Source: Octopus bimaculoides (taxonomy: Eukaryota). From it: DNA of 38,282 bases. The notes beneath the pieces were generated by a model. The model made no database searches. It saw nothing but the letters and a program-made list of their open reading frames with translations, and had not been told where the DNA came from. The stretch covers positions 51,685,397-51,723,678 of the forward strand of contig NC_068996.1 in assembly GCF_001194135.2 (NCBI RefSeq), read 5' to 3'. Position 1 is the stretch's first letter. Each line of letters opens with the position of its first letter. Positions 9,421-23,272 of this stretch are shown here, piece after piece. Position numbers and translations under genes: made by a program.

Positions 9421-12400
9421 ATTTCGTTCAACATTTTCTTCTTTTTCTCCCTCTAATAGATGTTGTGTAAGACAGACAGACAGACAGAGATCCACTTCTT
9501 TTATAATTATTTTACACTGCATTACAATATTTCAGTTTTCACACAGTTCCACTCATATAATTAGTTAATTCAGTTATGTTGATTGCATTTTGAAATCCCT
9601 TTTTCACATTTGCTCTTTAATGTTTAACTCATTAACATCCAGTAAAACATTAGTCTGCATGATGCCATGTCTATCTAATACTAACTGAAACTACAAATTG
9701 TGATTCCTCCCCATTTGTATTAAAGGAAGTTATGAACTCTTAATCTAAGGGAGAAAACTTTAATCCCTCCCTCTGTTATTTCTTTACCTTCTGTAATGTT
9801 TGCTATTAACATTGGCCCATGTATTGTTGAAATTTACCCACCCCCAACCTCAGTTTTCACGTTGAAACTTTGATAAGTGGTAGCTAACCATTCTGTGAGT
9901 GACAACTTATTTGATGATCTTGTCAGTGAATTAAATAGCTTACGGCCATATCACGTTGAATGCACCGGTTATCATCTGATGATAGAGGCTTTGGGGATAA
10001 CCAGAGCTTTCTATCTATTTTTTCTGTTTGCACTTGATGTCTGGTGTTGATCCGTCAGATTCAAATGAATTGTTCTTAGTCCAGAAATAACTTTAGGATT
10101 TGAGTATTTTTTGTGGGGTGGGAGCATCCTGCAATTTTCTCCATTTAATTTGCTCAACAAACTGATTGGCACATGGGGCAATAGAGAGTAGTCACCTTTG
10201 TTCTGTGTATTGAGATTTTAGCATCTGTGTGTATGTTGCTTGTGTTAGGAGTAACAGTTTTCTTGTAAATTGTGACATAAGCTGCAAAAAAAGATCAAGG
10301 GAAAACATTTAAAAAATTTGTTTGATGTTTGTTTCCATTGCTCTTAAATTATTACCAACATCTTTCTTTTCCTCCGTTTTTGGTAGTATCTATTTTTTAG
10401 TTATGTCACTTACAACTACATATGCACATTATTATTTTTAGTATTAAAAAAAAAAGAAGAAAACTACTCATTATTTACCTTGATGTTTTTTTATTGTTTT
10501 TTGTTGAAAGGGATACCTTGATGAAATCTTCCACTTTCTTTGTTTGATACATCAATAAAAGCCTTTCATAAGAAATATGACAAGTGAGGATGTTGATAGT
10601 GAACTTTGAGTGACAATTTTAGGTGCCAGTGACACTAGTTTTGAAGTAAACTAAGGTGCAGTTTGTTTAGTTATTGCCTGACATTACATCTTTAAAGTCG
10701 TTCCTGGCTGCTAATTCCATTCTCCATAATTAAGAGAGAACAGGAGAGAGAGTGGGCGATGAACTTAGGTGAATGGATGAGAAATGGTAAGAGGGAAGGA
10801 AGGTGGCGAAGGATAGAATTGTTGAAAATTTGGGTGGGTTATGTAGAGGGTGTCTAAGACTATCCAACATTAGAAAGGATGAGAATAAGGTGTGAGGGGA
10901 AAGGACAGGAAGGAGGCAATAGGCTAAGGGGGAGAGGAATCCAAAAAGTTATTGAAGGAAAGAGGAATGTGTAGGTAAGTTAGAGGGAGAAAGCTGAAAT
11001 GCAATGTTGGGGAGGCACAGAAACTATGGTAAGTGGGCAGCGAAAGAAAAGCCTGTAGAGGAAGGTGGGTGAGTAGTAGTCATGTTATTGCTTCTTAACC
11101 ATTCTTCTACTTGTGTTTTTCCATGGGTCTTCTGTAGCACCAGAATCACCTTTAGCATCTTCTGGTCAGCCATCACCATTTCATCCAAAGTCATATTTGG
11201 CCTTTCTCTTCCACAGCTTCCACTAACTTGGAGTGCTTAGCACTTTGGTATGCAACAGTCATCCTCCATATATATATATACCACTGAACCCTCCTCTCTT
11301 GCACACCTTTTTCTTTTAGCTCATTTGTATTGACATTCATGAATACTAACTTTTACATCCATTTAAGGATGTTAGCTTTGTTTAATAATAACAATAATTT
11401 TATGAAATACATTGCTCAGGTGTACTACAACTTGTTTGGAAAGGTTAAAATACGAAACTGCTAACTTTGGAGAAATAAAAGAGGAGATAGCAATAAAAGT
11501 TAGAATGCTAAAGAGTTAAGGTGCTATATTATATCTTTTTGGAATCTGGATGATCCTAGGATTGAAAATCTGCCCTTCATTTGGTTCTTGAACATCCAGT
11601 ATCGGGATCTGATTTAAAAAGCATTTAGGTTGCTATTTCTAGCAGGTAAAGCTTGGCTGATTCATGCCATCTTGGTTGGCGTTTGCTGGAAGACATCAGA
11701 GGTCAACAAGGTAGATAAAATGACATTCGCTTCATTGAGATAAGAACTTTGGGACAGATTGGCCAACAATAGGAATTCAACTTAGGACTGGAACAATAAA
11801 AAAGAATGATTGCATTACAGAATTAATTCTCATCCGTCCTTAACTTCTGATTGAACACCACTGGAACATATAGTCATGCTATTTAGCTCTCTTTAGTTTT
11901 GGGCTGCAATCTCAATTAGCCCTTTGCAGGGGCTAGTTTAAAAGTCTGCATGGCGTGTGAATTTTTTAGCTGATATATATATATATTTCGCTTTTGAATT
12001 TGGTTTCCAAGATTCTTGATTTGAACCCATGTGTTAAAGCATGCCAATAATAAATGCACATTGGTTCTGTTTCACTTATTTATTTGTCAATTAGTTAACT
12101 ATTTGACCAACTAACTAATGAATTGTTTGGTCGGTCAATCAACTAGGTTTGTCAAAGTCTTTCCATTGCCGTGCACAACCTCATCAATCACTTACCCTCT
12201 TTACTCCAAGTTTGCTTCAAGTTTGTCTGTCTTCCTAGTTGTTCATAGCCATCCATCCCTTCTATGTATAAGTTAAGATACATAGGTGTGCATGTATACA
12301 TGTTTGTGTGTATGTGTATATGTATGTGGATGTATGTGTGTAGAAATGCATTCACCACTCTACCAGAGGACACCTTGAAATGACTTTTGGTGTTTATTGC

Positions 12401-13102
12401 CTATGGTAAGAATTTTTCTCAGCAGCAAACAGCAGTGAATTACAGGCGAAATATATTCCAAACCTATTTGAACAAACCTAAATGTTTGTTTACTTACAAC
12501 CCTGCTTTCTCATGCCTATTATAAACATATTGTTCTATCCCAGGCCCGAGTCACACAATCCGGTTATGTTTTGATATTGATTTATTACAAGGAAGTAAAA
12601 TCTTCCAATCATTTCAGGGTTTTCTCGTTTTTGGAATACAAGAAGCTAGAAATGCACTCTACACCCTACTAGAGGGCACCCTAAAATGACTGTGAATATG
12701 GCCATTACACAGGTCAAATATATCCCAAATACACTTGAACTGATTTAAGTATTTGCTTACTCACAACACTGCGTTCATGTGCCTACTACAATGTACTTGT
12801 GTATGTGTATTACACACACACAGACTTGTTACTTGTTTAAATATGCTTGGAACACACTCAAACCTGTAAGAAGACCATTCACTCTATTTTGTTATGGGAA
12901 AACTTACTGTAAACAAATGAGAGTAAACACACCAAGTTTGTTAAAAGCACCTTCTCTAACCAAAGTGAAGGCTGCATGCATTTTGAAGTGGTTATCTCCT
13001 CTTCAGCATCAGATACCAGAAAAAGGAATAATACAAACTAACAAGAGATGGATGTTACTGATTATATTCCTGTTATTGTACTGTGTGTGTATTTTTATAT
13101 GT

Positions 13103-13210
<108 letters not shown>

Positions 13211-14342
13211 CAATTATAGTTTTCCTTTTTAGTGACACATAGCAGACTGTGGTCTATATGTATGTACACACAAACATAATCTGTGTGCAGCTAGATTATA
13301 AATTCTACAGTTGAGTAAGAGCTCCCTGTAGATTATCATCATTCAATTTGCTCCCAGTTTACTGGTTTACTACTATAGTTAGTAGTATTACTAGTTTTGA
13401 GAAACAGAGCAAAGGAGAAATTTGGATAAACACAAGTTTCTGTCATTAGTACCTAAGGAACTAATCTGTTATATAAAATAGACCTGTGTGTATTTGCTTT
13501 TCATGCGAAAACGGCAGTGTGAATTGCTTCCATACTTGAGATGCATGAATAATTTGAACTTGGATACATAATAGGGTCTTCATTTTATTTTCTTATTGAA
13601 ATAAATAATATTGTTTATATAAGATTAACTTCTTTAAAATGGTTTTTCAACATCAACTTCCAGTACTGACAAAGCAACTACAGCTAGCTAGACGCATACG
13701 TGTATGTCTGACGTAGCAACTATGACTATCTATCTGTCTGTCTGTCTAACTATCTAACTATGTGTGTGTTTGCTTTTCACATGAAAACAACTGCATGAAT
13801 CTGTACCATATTTGGGAGGTGTGTTCCATATCTAACTTCTCATTGTACTTCCTCTCTTTTTATCTCTTACTCTATCATTCTCTCCAAGCCTCTTTTTTCC
13901 GGAAAAGAAAGGGAAGGAGGGGTCAAAAAATTATTTCACACTGAAATATCAGTGGATCCTTTATCATAAATAGATGTTTTGTGGTAGCAGGGCGTGCTAG
14001 AAATAGCAGCCAAATCTTTCCTTTTCTGGGGGAAAGGAGCCGTTTATGCATGATTTTGATGTCACATTCATTGAAAGTATGCAAAATAACCTGGAAAAGA
14101 AAAACAAAACTCCATTGGTGGGAAACTCCGAGGTCATCACCATCCCTCCCCCTCTTTCTTTTCTGGGAAAAAGTGGCTTACAGTTTGGAGGTCAGACATG
14201 TTGAATGCACTTAAAAAATCCTTTACAAAATATTTACCTAGAAGGAACGTGTCAAATTACACTACACGCAAAGAATACTGTGTTAAGGCTATGAGTTTAT
14301 AACCCCAGTGAAACCGAGTCCTTCTGCTTGTGATATATAATT

Positions 14343-14615
14343 CCTCATCATTCAACATCTGTCTTCCATGCAGTCATGGGTTGGATGGTTTGACAGGAAC
14401 TGGCCAAGTAGAAGACTACTCTAGGCTCCTTCGTCTGTTTTGGCAGGGTTTTTATGGCTGGATGCTCTTCCTAACACCAACCATTCTGCAGAGTGGACTC
14501 AGTGCTTTTTACCTGGCACCAGCACATGCAAGGTCAGTTTTGACATGGTTTTTACAGCTGGATGCCCTTCCAAATGCCAACCATTTTACAGTGCGGACTG
14601 GATGTTTTTTATGTA
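14343..14615 (-). mobile_element. Family A repeat fragment with internal duplication of the core
   Basis: Two successive gctggatgc...ccaaccattt blocks. Confidence 0.7.
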
Positions 14616-15589
14616 AATGACATTTGAATTTAAAAAAAAAAAAACATTTTTAATTGAATAAACTGCATGCTAATTTTTATCTGCTTTTGTTTCTGTACAC
14701 CACATGGTGGATAACACTTCCTAAATAGGAAGTGCTAACAATGGAGGGATGTATGTTAGATAACATTTTCAGAAGGAAATTTGATAATTCCTTAATTTGG
14801 ACATCTGCAAAATAGTCTGGATGTAATAAACTGATTTGAGCAAAAATTTTCATGAATAAAGGATTCTCAACTTAAAATTAACATGAGTGGTGCAATAAAT
14901 GCCACTTTTTGAACTTTGACTTTTGTATTTCAACAGGGCAAGTATATGTCTTTTAGGGGTGGGGGTCAGCAAATTATGCCCTACATCAATGCCAGTGATT
15001 TTACTTGCTTTTATGAAAATGACTGTAGCAGATTTCTTGATAATGTTTGTAAGAGTCCTTCAGCTATTTTTCTGAAATGATGGGAAGCGAAGAAACTGAA
15101 GTAGGCAAATATCCATGTGAATCTGAATCTTTTTATGTATTGGGAAGACTAAAAGAAATAGGCAAATTGATAGATTGAGATAGAATGATAGTTAGGCCTT
15201 TCTATAGATTGGTGCTGCTCCCAACTTTGTTTCCTGATAGCTTTCAGAAAAGTGGGTTGTTGGTTTTTTTTTTTTACTTCCAGATATGTTATCAAGGTTA
15301 TATAGCTTTACAATTATATTGATGAAATTAAGTAGGGAGAAAATCTTTTGGAAATTGTCCTTCCCTATCCACAGTTTGTTATCATTAATTTCCATAACTT
15401 CAGCATTTTGTAAACTCTGTTCTTCAGATTTATATGTTTGAAACAGCATATCATGTAATCTACACATTTCTGCAAACTGTCGTTTAAAAAATATGCATTT
15501 GAAAGAGAGTTACAAAGAAACAGATTTTATACAATTCCTAATATTAATTTAATTGTAAAAATGTAATAGGATTTTTTAAAACATTGAAT

Positions 15590-15663
15590 GGGTACAAGGG
15601 TCCTGGAAAGTAAAATAGGAATCAAAGGAGTCCCATAGGGGGAAAAGGGTTGAGAACCACTGA
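15590..15663. mobile_element. hAT-like MITE right end
   Basis: ggttgagaaccactg is the reverse complement of CAGTGGTTCTCAACC, a common hAT MITE terminus; partner end not found. Confidence 0.4.
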
Positions 15664-16021
15664 TCTACACCTTTAAAAATGTAATATTTCATTTTAATAA
15701 GAAATGTCATCTGGCTGTTTACCAATGTATTGGCATTATGATAAATGACCACCACCACAACTCTGTTTTCACATAACTTTCTAGTTATGAAAAAGAAGTG
15801 TCTGTCATCTATTGTTATGACATTTCTTATAAGGTAAACAATAGAATGAAAAAATATTTATTTAAGTTTTCTGTAGACAAATTTTTGAATGGCTATGTGC
15901 ATTTTGTTTACTTTGTGTAATAAGTTATTTCTTTTAAAATAAATTTCCTGTTGAAGATGATATTGAGAAATGCAAACAATTTGGCAAGAGAAAATAAAAC
16001 AGACAACTCTGGTGTCATTCA

Positions 16022-16023
<2 letters not shown>

Positions 16024-16094
<71 letters not shown>
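16024..16094. repeat. (CT)n microsatellite
   Basis: Read directly. Confidence 0.97.
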
Positions 16095-16103
<9 letters not shown>

Positions 16104-16113
16104 TTTATATATA

Positions 16114-16584
16114 TCATCATCCTCGTTTAACGTCTGCTTTCCATGCTAGCATGGGTTGGATGATTTGACTGAGGACTGGTGAAACCAGATGGCTGCACCA
16201 GGCTCCAATCTGATCTGACAGAGTTTCTACAGCTGGATGCCTTTCCTAACGCCAACCACTCAGAGAGTGTAGTGGGTGCTTTTACGTGCCACCGGTAAGA
16301 GGGCCAGTCAGGAGGTACTGGCAACGGCCACGCTCAGAAAGGTGTTTTTTACATGCCACCTGCACAGGAGCCAGTCCAGCAGCACTGGCAACGACATCGC
16401 TCGAATGTTTTCTAAAGTGCCAGTAAGGCAACGCTGGTGATGATCACGCTCAAATGGTGCTATTTACGTGCCACTGGCACGGAAGCCAGACAGCTGCTCT
16501 GGCAATGATCAGGCTTGGATGATGCTGTTAGTGCTCCAGTGATACAGGTGCCAGTCATCGAATATAGTTCAATTACGATTTCGA

Positions 16585-16585
<1 letters not shown>
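16114..16585 (-). mobile_element. Long, well-preserved family A copy including the ~66-bp internal tandem units
   Basis: catcatcctcgtttaacgtctgctttccatgctagcatgggttgga...; repeated ctggcaacg...cgctc...ttt(t)acgtgccac units mirror 30956-31240. Confidence 0.85.
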
Positions 16586-16621
<36 letters not shown>

Positions 16622-16822
16622 AGAATTTGTGAACTGAACTGGAAAATTGATGGACTTGACAATCATTCAAAAAGTATTTAATTAGTCTCTTAATTCTTAA
16701 CATCTGTTTCATTTGACCTGATGTAAGTAATCTTAAATGTATTACTGTTCTATGTTGATGGAACTGTTAGCAAAGATTCTATGAAGTGTTTGTTATTGTT
16801 TTTCTGAATTGCTTATTTTCAG

Positions 16823-16924
16823 GTTGTGTTTGGTAATTGTGGTGTGATTCAAGGAATTTCATCTGGGAAAGGTTATGTTGAAATGTCTACTATTGATGAA
16901 GAAACAATCAAAGATGTTAGAGAG
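16823..16924 (+). CDS. GLYR1: GLYR1 exon 4 in window (34 codons)
   Basis: ttttcAG / GTattg; VVFGNCGVIQGISSGKGYVEMSTIDEETIKDVRE with (D/E)MST motif. Confidence 0.95.
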
Positions 16925-17113
16925 GTATTGTTACAGTCTAACTTTTTATAATATTGTGTAGACCTTGTTAGATATATGAAAGGACTTCTACTTTTCTTTT
17001 TCATGCTTGTGTTGAAAGCTTTGTTTTTGTTTTTTTTATCAAGATATTTGGGAATAGCTGGGACAGTTATTTTTATAGCCATTCTCTTCCTGCTTGTAAT
17101 AATTCAACTGTGT

Positions 17114-17325
17114 AGGCGGCGAGCTGGCAGAAACGTTAGAACGCTAGGTGAAATGCTTAACGGTATTTCGTCTGTCTTTACGTTTTGAGTTCAAATTCTG
17201 CTGAGGTCGACTTTGCCTTTCATCCTATCAGGGTCGATGAAATAAGTACCAGTTGTGTACTGGGGTCGATGTAATTGACTGACCCCCTCCCAAAAATTTC
17301 AGACTTTGTGCCAAGAGTAGAAAAG
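17114..17325 (+). mobile_element. Full-length SINE family B with perfect 16-bp target-site duplication
   Basis: TSD aataattcaactgtgt at 17098-17113 and 17326-17341; ggcggcgagctggcagaa head, gagttcaaattc B box, gcctttcatcctatcagggtcgatgaaataagtaccag core. Confidence 0.92.
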
Positions 17326-17389
17326 AATAATTCAACTGTGTTTTAGTTAAAGTCATTTGGATGAACTGAATGAAACAAGAAGAGAGATA

Positions 17390-17665
17390 TTTCATCTTTT
17401 ACTTGTTTCAGTCATTCAAATGTAAGCCTTGCTGGGACTCCTCTTTGACAGGTTTAGTTGAACAAATCAACCTCAATGTTTATTTTTTTGTATTTATTTT
17501 TTGTGACTCCTTTGCTAAACTGCAAAGTTATAAGGGATGCAAAAAAAAAAAAAAAAAAAGGCATTGGTCAGCCCAGGGCTGTAGCAGAAGACACTTTTCC
17601 ATGGTGTGACACCCTGGAACTGAACTTGAAATCATGTGGTTGCAAAAGGAACTTTTTGACCATGC
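17390..17665 (-). mobile_element. SINE family C copy
   Basis: tcttttacttgtttcagtcatt ... agaagacactt ... atgtggtt. Confidence 0.65.
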
Positions 17666-17792
17666 AAAAAAATTACATAAATTGAAATTAGCTTTGTTTG
17701 ATTGAAAAGAAAATTACAAATTCAGAGTAGATTTCCACATTAGTAATGGATTCATATCTCAGTAAAATAATCCGTTCACTGCCCTATTTGAA

Positions 17793-18030
17793 TCATCATC
17801 ATCGTTTAACATCTGTTGGCATGAGTTGGACAGTTTGGCAAGGGCTGGCAAAGAGTTCAAGGGATGCACTAGGCTCCCAATTGTCTGCTTTGGCATGATT
17901 TCTACAGTTGGATGTCCTTCCTAATGTCAGCCACTTCACATAGTGTACTGGATGCTTTCCATGTGATGTCAGCAGGGGTGCTTTGTATATGACAACAGTG
18001 GGGTTGCCAGGTAGCTTGTAAGACACAGAC
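17793..18030 (-). mobile_element. Family A repeat fragment
   Basis: (CAT)n cgtttaac ... ctacagttggatgtccttcctaatgtcagccact. Confidence 0.7.
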
Positions 18031-18303
18031 ATCTCAGCTGAGAATATGACTTTAATATTGAGTTGTATGATTTATATGAAGAACCAAAGTGATGAGTTTT
18101 CACTGAAACTTAATTGCATTAAGAAATTCAGTTTATGTTGGAGGAATGCAGAACACTAGAATATTATTCACGTTTGCAATCTTACTTTGTACAAGAATTT
18201 CATATTTACTCTGAATAAACAAAGTATACTTTCCTAATTAAACCTAATCTTTAGAAAACGTCTTTTAATTGTCTGTTCTTAATTTTCTGTATTTGCTTCA
18301 CAG

Positions 18304-18466
18304 GCTGTTGTTTTAAGAGGAGGGAGATTTCTTGAAGCTCCTGTGTGTGGGAGCAGAGTACCAGCATTGGAAGGACAACTTGTTATTCTTGCCTCTGGCG
18401 ATAGGAAGCTTTATGAAGATTGTCATTCTAGTTTTGAAGCAATGGGGAAAAGATCTTTTTTTCTAG
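18304..18466 (+). CDS. GLYR1: GLYR1 exon 5 in window (phase 0-1)
   Basis: cacAG / GTatta; [54 protein letters not shown]. Confidence 0.95.
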
Positions 18467-20329
18467 GTATTACTTTTAATTTCACTTTTAACAACATTCT
18501 GTACAGCTGTTCCAATGAAAAGCACTCTAATTAACATGTTTTAAAGCAAATAATGAACTCTCTATTCTAAGGGAGTAAAACTAATTCCTTCCTCTTTTAT
18601 TTATGTTCTGGAACTTTTGCTATAAAAAAAAATCAATGCGTGTATTGCTGACTTCTGTAATATATATTTTTGGAGTTTTATTTTTTATCAAAACTATCCT
18701 GTATAGCCTGGACATGTTGTTTCTGAAGGCAGTAGCTCAACTTACTTGTAAATTTCGTAATGAAAATGGTTAGGGAAATTGTGTGTGTGTGTGGTTGTAT
18801 TTATAATAATCTTGTCAACTAGAGAAGAGCTTTGTCACAATATTGTTTGATTTGGAATCAAATCAGCAATTGTAAACCTTCACTTCAAAGCTCAGATTTG
18901 AAGAAACTACAGAAAAGCTTTCTAATTGAAAATGAAAGATGAAGCAGTCATCAGGATACTATGTTACAAGTCTCAAATCTGTGACGTCAGAAAGAAAAAG
19001 ATACTAAAAAGAGATATAAACCAGTTAGTACATAGCATTCAGAATGTGCAATAAAGCCATATTTATGTAGCAAAAAGTAAATAGCTATAATGGTTAACCT
19101 GGGTTATTACATTGCCCCCAAAAAAAGTAGTGTTTGGAAATTAAGTTCTTGTTTTCCTAATATTTATTAAAGGGATCCTGATTTAGTATAATCTTTTTAA
19201 GATTAATTATATTGAAATTATTCTTTATTCCTGTAACACATTTACAGTCATATTACAACAAAGCAGAAAACAGTATTGTTTTATTTATCAAAGACACTTT
19301 TTACCTGGTCCTTTCTCAGTTTCTACTGATTTAAATTGAAAACCAAAAAATACAAAGAAATGTGTTCAGTACATTTCTTAAAATTGGAATAATGTTGTCT
19401 AAACCACAATAATGTGAGGTTCCATAAAAAGGCGTCACCTTTGGGAAATATCAGTGGCTCTCATGGTATATTAAGAATATAGTGTGGGAAGTCATGTGTG
19501 GACTCCATGGCGCAACTTATGATCTTGATGATGGGGGGAGGAGAAAACTTTTAATTTTTTTCCTCTATCATATATTTACATTCTGTAATGATTATTATTA
19601 ACATTGATGCACATGTTGCTGAATTTTCCACCTACTCCTGAGTTTCTTTCCATCAAAACTTTTTTTTTTTTAAATTATTGTTAACCAGTTTTTTGAATGA
19701 CATTTTATCAATGGATTAATGGCAAATCCATGGAAATGGTAACCAGTGCTCCAGATTTTCATCAGGTGATTTGAACAAAATATTATCTGAAGAATGGTTG
19801 GATACTGACACTTTTGGATCAATAATGCTTTGCAAGAATTGTTGATTCAAAATTCATGATGGCAGTCTTAAACTGGTTACTGAATTAAATTTACCTCCAA
19901 AGTACACTTTTTGGCTTTTGAATTTTATTCACAAGGCTTTGGTTGACATGGAACTTTGATACAAGACATGTTTAATGTGCCTTTCATTGTAATTGATTCT
20001 AACTCTATGGGCAGTTGCAAAGCAAACAGCTTAACCATGCTTCCATGTCAGTATTCAAAACATTTTTGTTTATGGACAAACAGATGTATCAAATGTATTT
20101 GTGTGAATATAAGAATTGTTTCCAAGGTTTCCAAAGTTTAGCAGTTTGCTAAGGTGATCTAAATAATCACAGTGTATAAAGATAATCTTGGTAATTTCAG
20201 TTTGAAGTGTGAGTGGTAATTGTAAAAGTTAAAGACATTGCTGCTGAAATAATAAAGGATAATTATGTATGTATGTTGTTCATCTACCAATGCACATCCT
20301 CTCAACCTTTTTACCAAATCATTTTGCAG

Positions 20330-20509
20330 GTGAGACTGGGATGGCAACTCGCATGAAACTTGTTGTTAATATGATGTTGGGTTCAATGATGGCAAGTTTA
20401 GCTGAAACAATGGCTCTAGCTCAGAAAGCTGGCCTGGAGCAGGAAGACGTGGCAACAATATTATCCTTAGGTCCATTAGCTTCAACTACAGTTTGTTACA
20501 AAAGTCAAG
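20330..20509 (+). CDS. GLYR1: GLYR1 exon 6 in window (phase 1-1), contains the catalytic-Lys position
   Basis: tttgcAG / GTaatt; GETGMATRMKLVVNMMLGSMMASLAETMALAQKAGLEQEDVATILSLGPLASTTVCYKSQ. Confidence 0.95.
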
Positions 20510-20922
20510 GTAATTACCTTTGTATTTTATAAGTTCTATTGATGTTTTATAACTACACTTGTAAATCTTATGACTCTTCATCATCTCCAGTAATTTTTAT
20601 TTTGCCACCAAACAAATCAAACTCCCTGACAAAGGTTTCCAAATTTGAGCTTTTGGTATGCAAGTTGGCAGAGCATGCTTGAAGCACTCCAATTTTTTCC
20701 ATTTTATGGATTGATCGGAATATTAGATTGTTGTTAACGAATAATTGAGGAACGAATTTTAATACTTTCAATTTGTATTCTCAGAAGGATAGCCTGCTTG
20801 AAAGCTAAATTTTACTTTTTTTCTTCTTTTTTTTTTTGTCTTTGCAAGTTGTATTTGGAAGATATGCATATATTTTTTAAAATCTAATGTAAGTTTCTGC
20901 TGAATTCTGATTTCTATTTCAG

Positions 20923-21047
20923 CCATAATGAATAACAAACATGATCCACATTTTCCTTTACAACACCAGCAGAAAGATCTACGATTGGCATTAGATTTGG
21001 GTGATAGAGTTGAACAGCCTCTTTATGTTGCTGCTGCAGCAAATGAG
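20923..21047 (+). CDS. GLYR1: GLYR1 exon 7 in window (phase 1-0)
   Basis: atttcAG / GTaact; AIMNNKHDPHFPLQHQQKDLRLALDLGDRVEQPLYVAAAANE with the family F-x-L-x4-KD motif. Confidence 0.95.
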
Positions 21048-22696
21048 GTAACTTTTTTTCTTTAAATTACTAAATAAAACTGTATTGCTTAGCACACTTC
21101 ATTCAAATTATCAACTGCTTATTTTCAAATTAATGTAGCATTCAGTTAGAGACATCCCTTATTCATTCTTGAAAATGTTACTGTAAAGCAAGAACCTATT
21201 TTCCCATTGATTTCCCAGGGGTTTGGTTTGATTGTGTGAATACTGTCAGCTAGAGAGCCTTCTACTGTGGGTGTGGGTTGGCCACTATCATTTAAGTTAA
21301 ATTGATAGATGGCAACTGAAAGAAGCCTGCTTGTGTGTGTGTTGATTTTGTATTGCCCCAAGACTTGATGTGTGTATGCAGTGATTGTAAGCAAAAAGCC
21401 TCACTGTTCATAGTGTCATTTGTTGAAATGACTGGGGATTATCTTGCTTGAAAACGTGAGGGTTGGTGGGGGGGGGGGGGCAGCCAAATGTAGAAAACGT
21501 GCCTCAGTGAATTTAATCTGGCCCAAGCAAGGATTGAAAAATGAATGTTAAATTGATTGAATAACTGGTGGCATGTTTCAATGGAACTCCTTTTTTTCTA
21601 AAAAAAAAGTAGAGATACAATCATTATTATGCATGAAAATACCAATTTTTGAACTCTGGGAATGATACCCAAGTAAGGGTTTCAATTTCATATCTCCAGC
21701 AGGATTCTCTCCTACAAATGAAAAGGCTGAGTTTCAACAAAATTGTACACTTGCTCTGGTGTATAACTTCCTTTGGCTATAATGTTATGCTAAATCCGAC
21801 ACTTCTTAACTTTGAAACAAGACCTTTACTAGCAAGTAAAGGTTTCACACCAGAAGTTGCATGTTCACTTTATGCAAATTATAATAAAAACTTTTAACCT
21901 AAACTTGACCATTGTGTTTATAAGCACATTGAGTTCAGTTTGGTCATTGATCCACAGGCTCAGGAGCCATCCCGTTTTAAGTGCATCTTCGGAGTTATGA
22001 AGAATATTGCCTGAGCATTGAATGGAATAACTGTTTGAGCCCTTGACCTAATTTTATACTCATTGTTACATGTTATTCATTTTGTAGCCATTACAATGTT
22101 TAAGGCTTCTATAATGTGGCTGTACTCTTGCAAAACATCTGGTTTAACATTCAACATAATTTGTTTTTTGCAACTCCTTTTTGCACTTCTGCTTTCATTT
22201 ACACTTTGTGGACAGTCTCTAGTTATACTGAATATTGGTAGAGTACTGTATCTTGGAGGAATGAAGTGGAAGGAAGAACTGTTTGGTTTCATTAAAATTA
22301 GCAAGTCGGAGGTCAGTTGGTGTGCACATGTTGAGGAAGGAACGATGCTAATGTGTTGAGATCAATAAAGAAACAAGGCCAGTTCCATTGAAACATGCCA
22401 CTATGTATTGTGCTCAGGACTGCCTCTCTCTCATTGCCCTCAGTCCTGCAGACTACTCTACCATATAATACTTCTCATCACTAACCCCAATCGTTGACAG
22501 CTATCATCTTAACTACTGCTTCTTGTCCATCTTCCACTCTCTTCTACATCCCCCCTATTCTCCTCATGGGCTCCCTGCTCATCCACCTTTCAGCCCTACC
22601 CATTCTGGTAGTCTACCTCTTCGTTCTTCTCATACAATCTTGTAAACTGATTCTTCAACTCATTTGTGCCTTATGGGGCCACCTAAATACCTTATT

Positions 22697-23272
22697 GGGA
22701 TCTTTTTTAAAACGGGGGCCACATTTTTCATTAACGAAACACTTTGAAACTTGGAACACTGGTAGAATGTGTCATATAAAACATCTTTTTCTCTTAGTCT
22801 TCTTAAAAAAAAAAGAAATCCATAAATTATTCCATGTTAAAGTTGTCGTATTTCTGTAATTTCAACCAATCACTGACGTCCATTCAGCCGATATACATTA
22901 AGTGCCGACTACATAAACAAACGATTCTGAAACAATTAACCCTAACCCTAACTCTAACCCTAATCCTAGGGTTAGGGTTAAAGCAAATTTAAAATGAAAA
23001 AAGCAAATAAAACGAAGGTATGGAGATTAAATACACTTTACATCGCTTAATCAGCCAAAGGAGTAAATGTAAACAACTGAATACTTGTCAGTGATTGGTT
23101 GAAATTATCGAAATAAGACAATTTTTTACATGAAATAAATTCGAATACAAAAATATTTTTCTGTTCTATAACACAAAATAGATAAGTATACGAAGTTTGA
23201 AAGTCTTTCGGTACCAAAAACACTACGTAAAACATTAATGAAAAATGTGGCCCTCGTTTTAAAAAAGATCCC
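22697..23272. mobile_element. 576-bp foldback MITE: 38-bp TIRs, 6-bp TSD CTTATT, central head-to-head telomeric repeats
   Basis: TIR 22697-22734 vs 23235-23272 match 37/38; CTTATT at 22691-22696 and 23273-23278; inner IR taatttcaaccaatcactgac / gtcagtgattggttgaaatta; degenerate (TAACCC)n then (TTAGGG)n at 22936-22981. Confidence 0.9.

Noticed and set aside
10735-11070. Purine-rich tract (also 22430-22690 and 28560-28760) as decayed Neptune-type PLE remnants
   Set aside because: Composition and a few partial motifs are suggestive, but no continuous motif could be read; not supportable without alignment
17114-17200. tRNA gene
   Set aside because: A- and B-box-like motifs belong to SINE heads; no cloverleaf or acceptor stem
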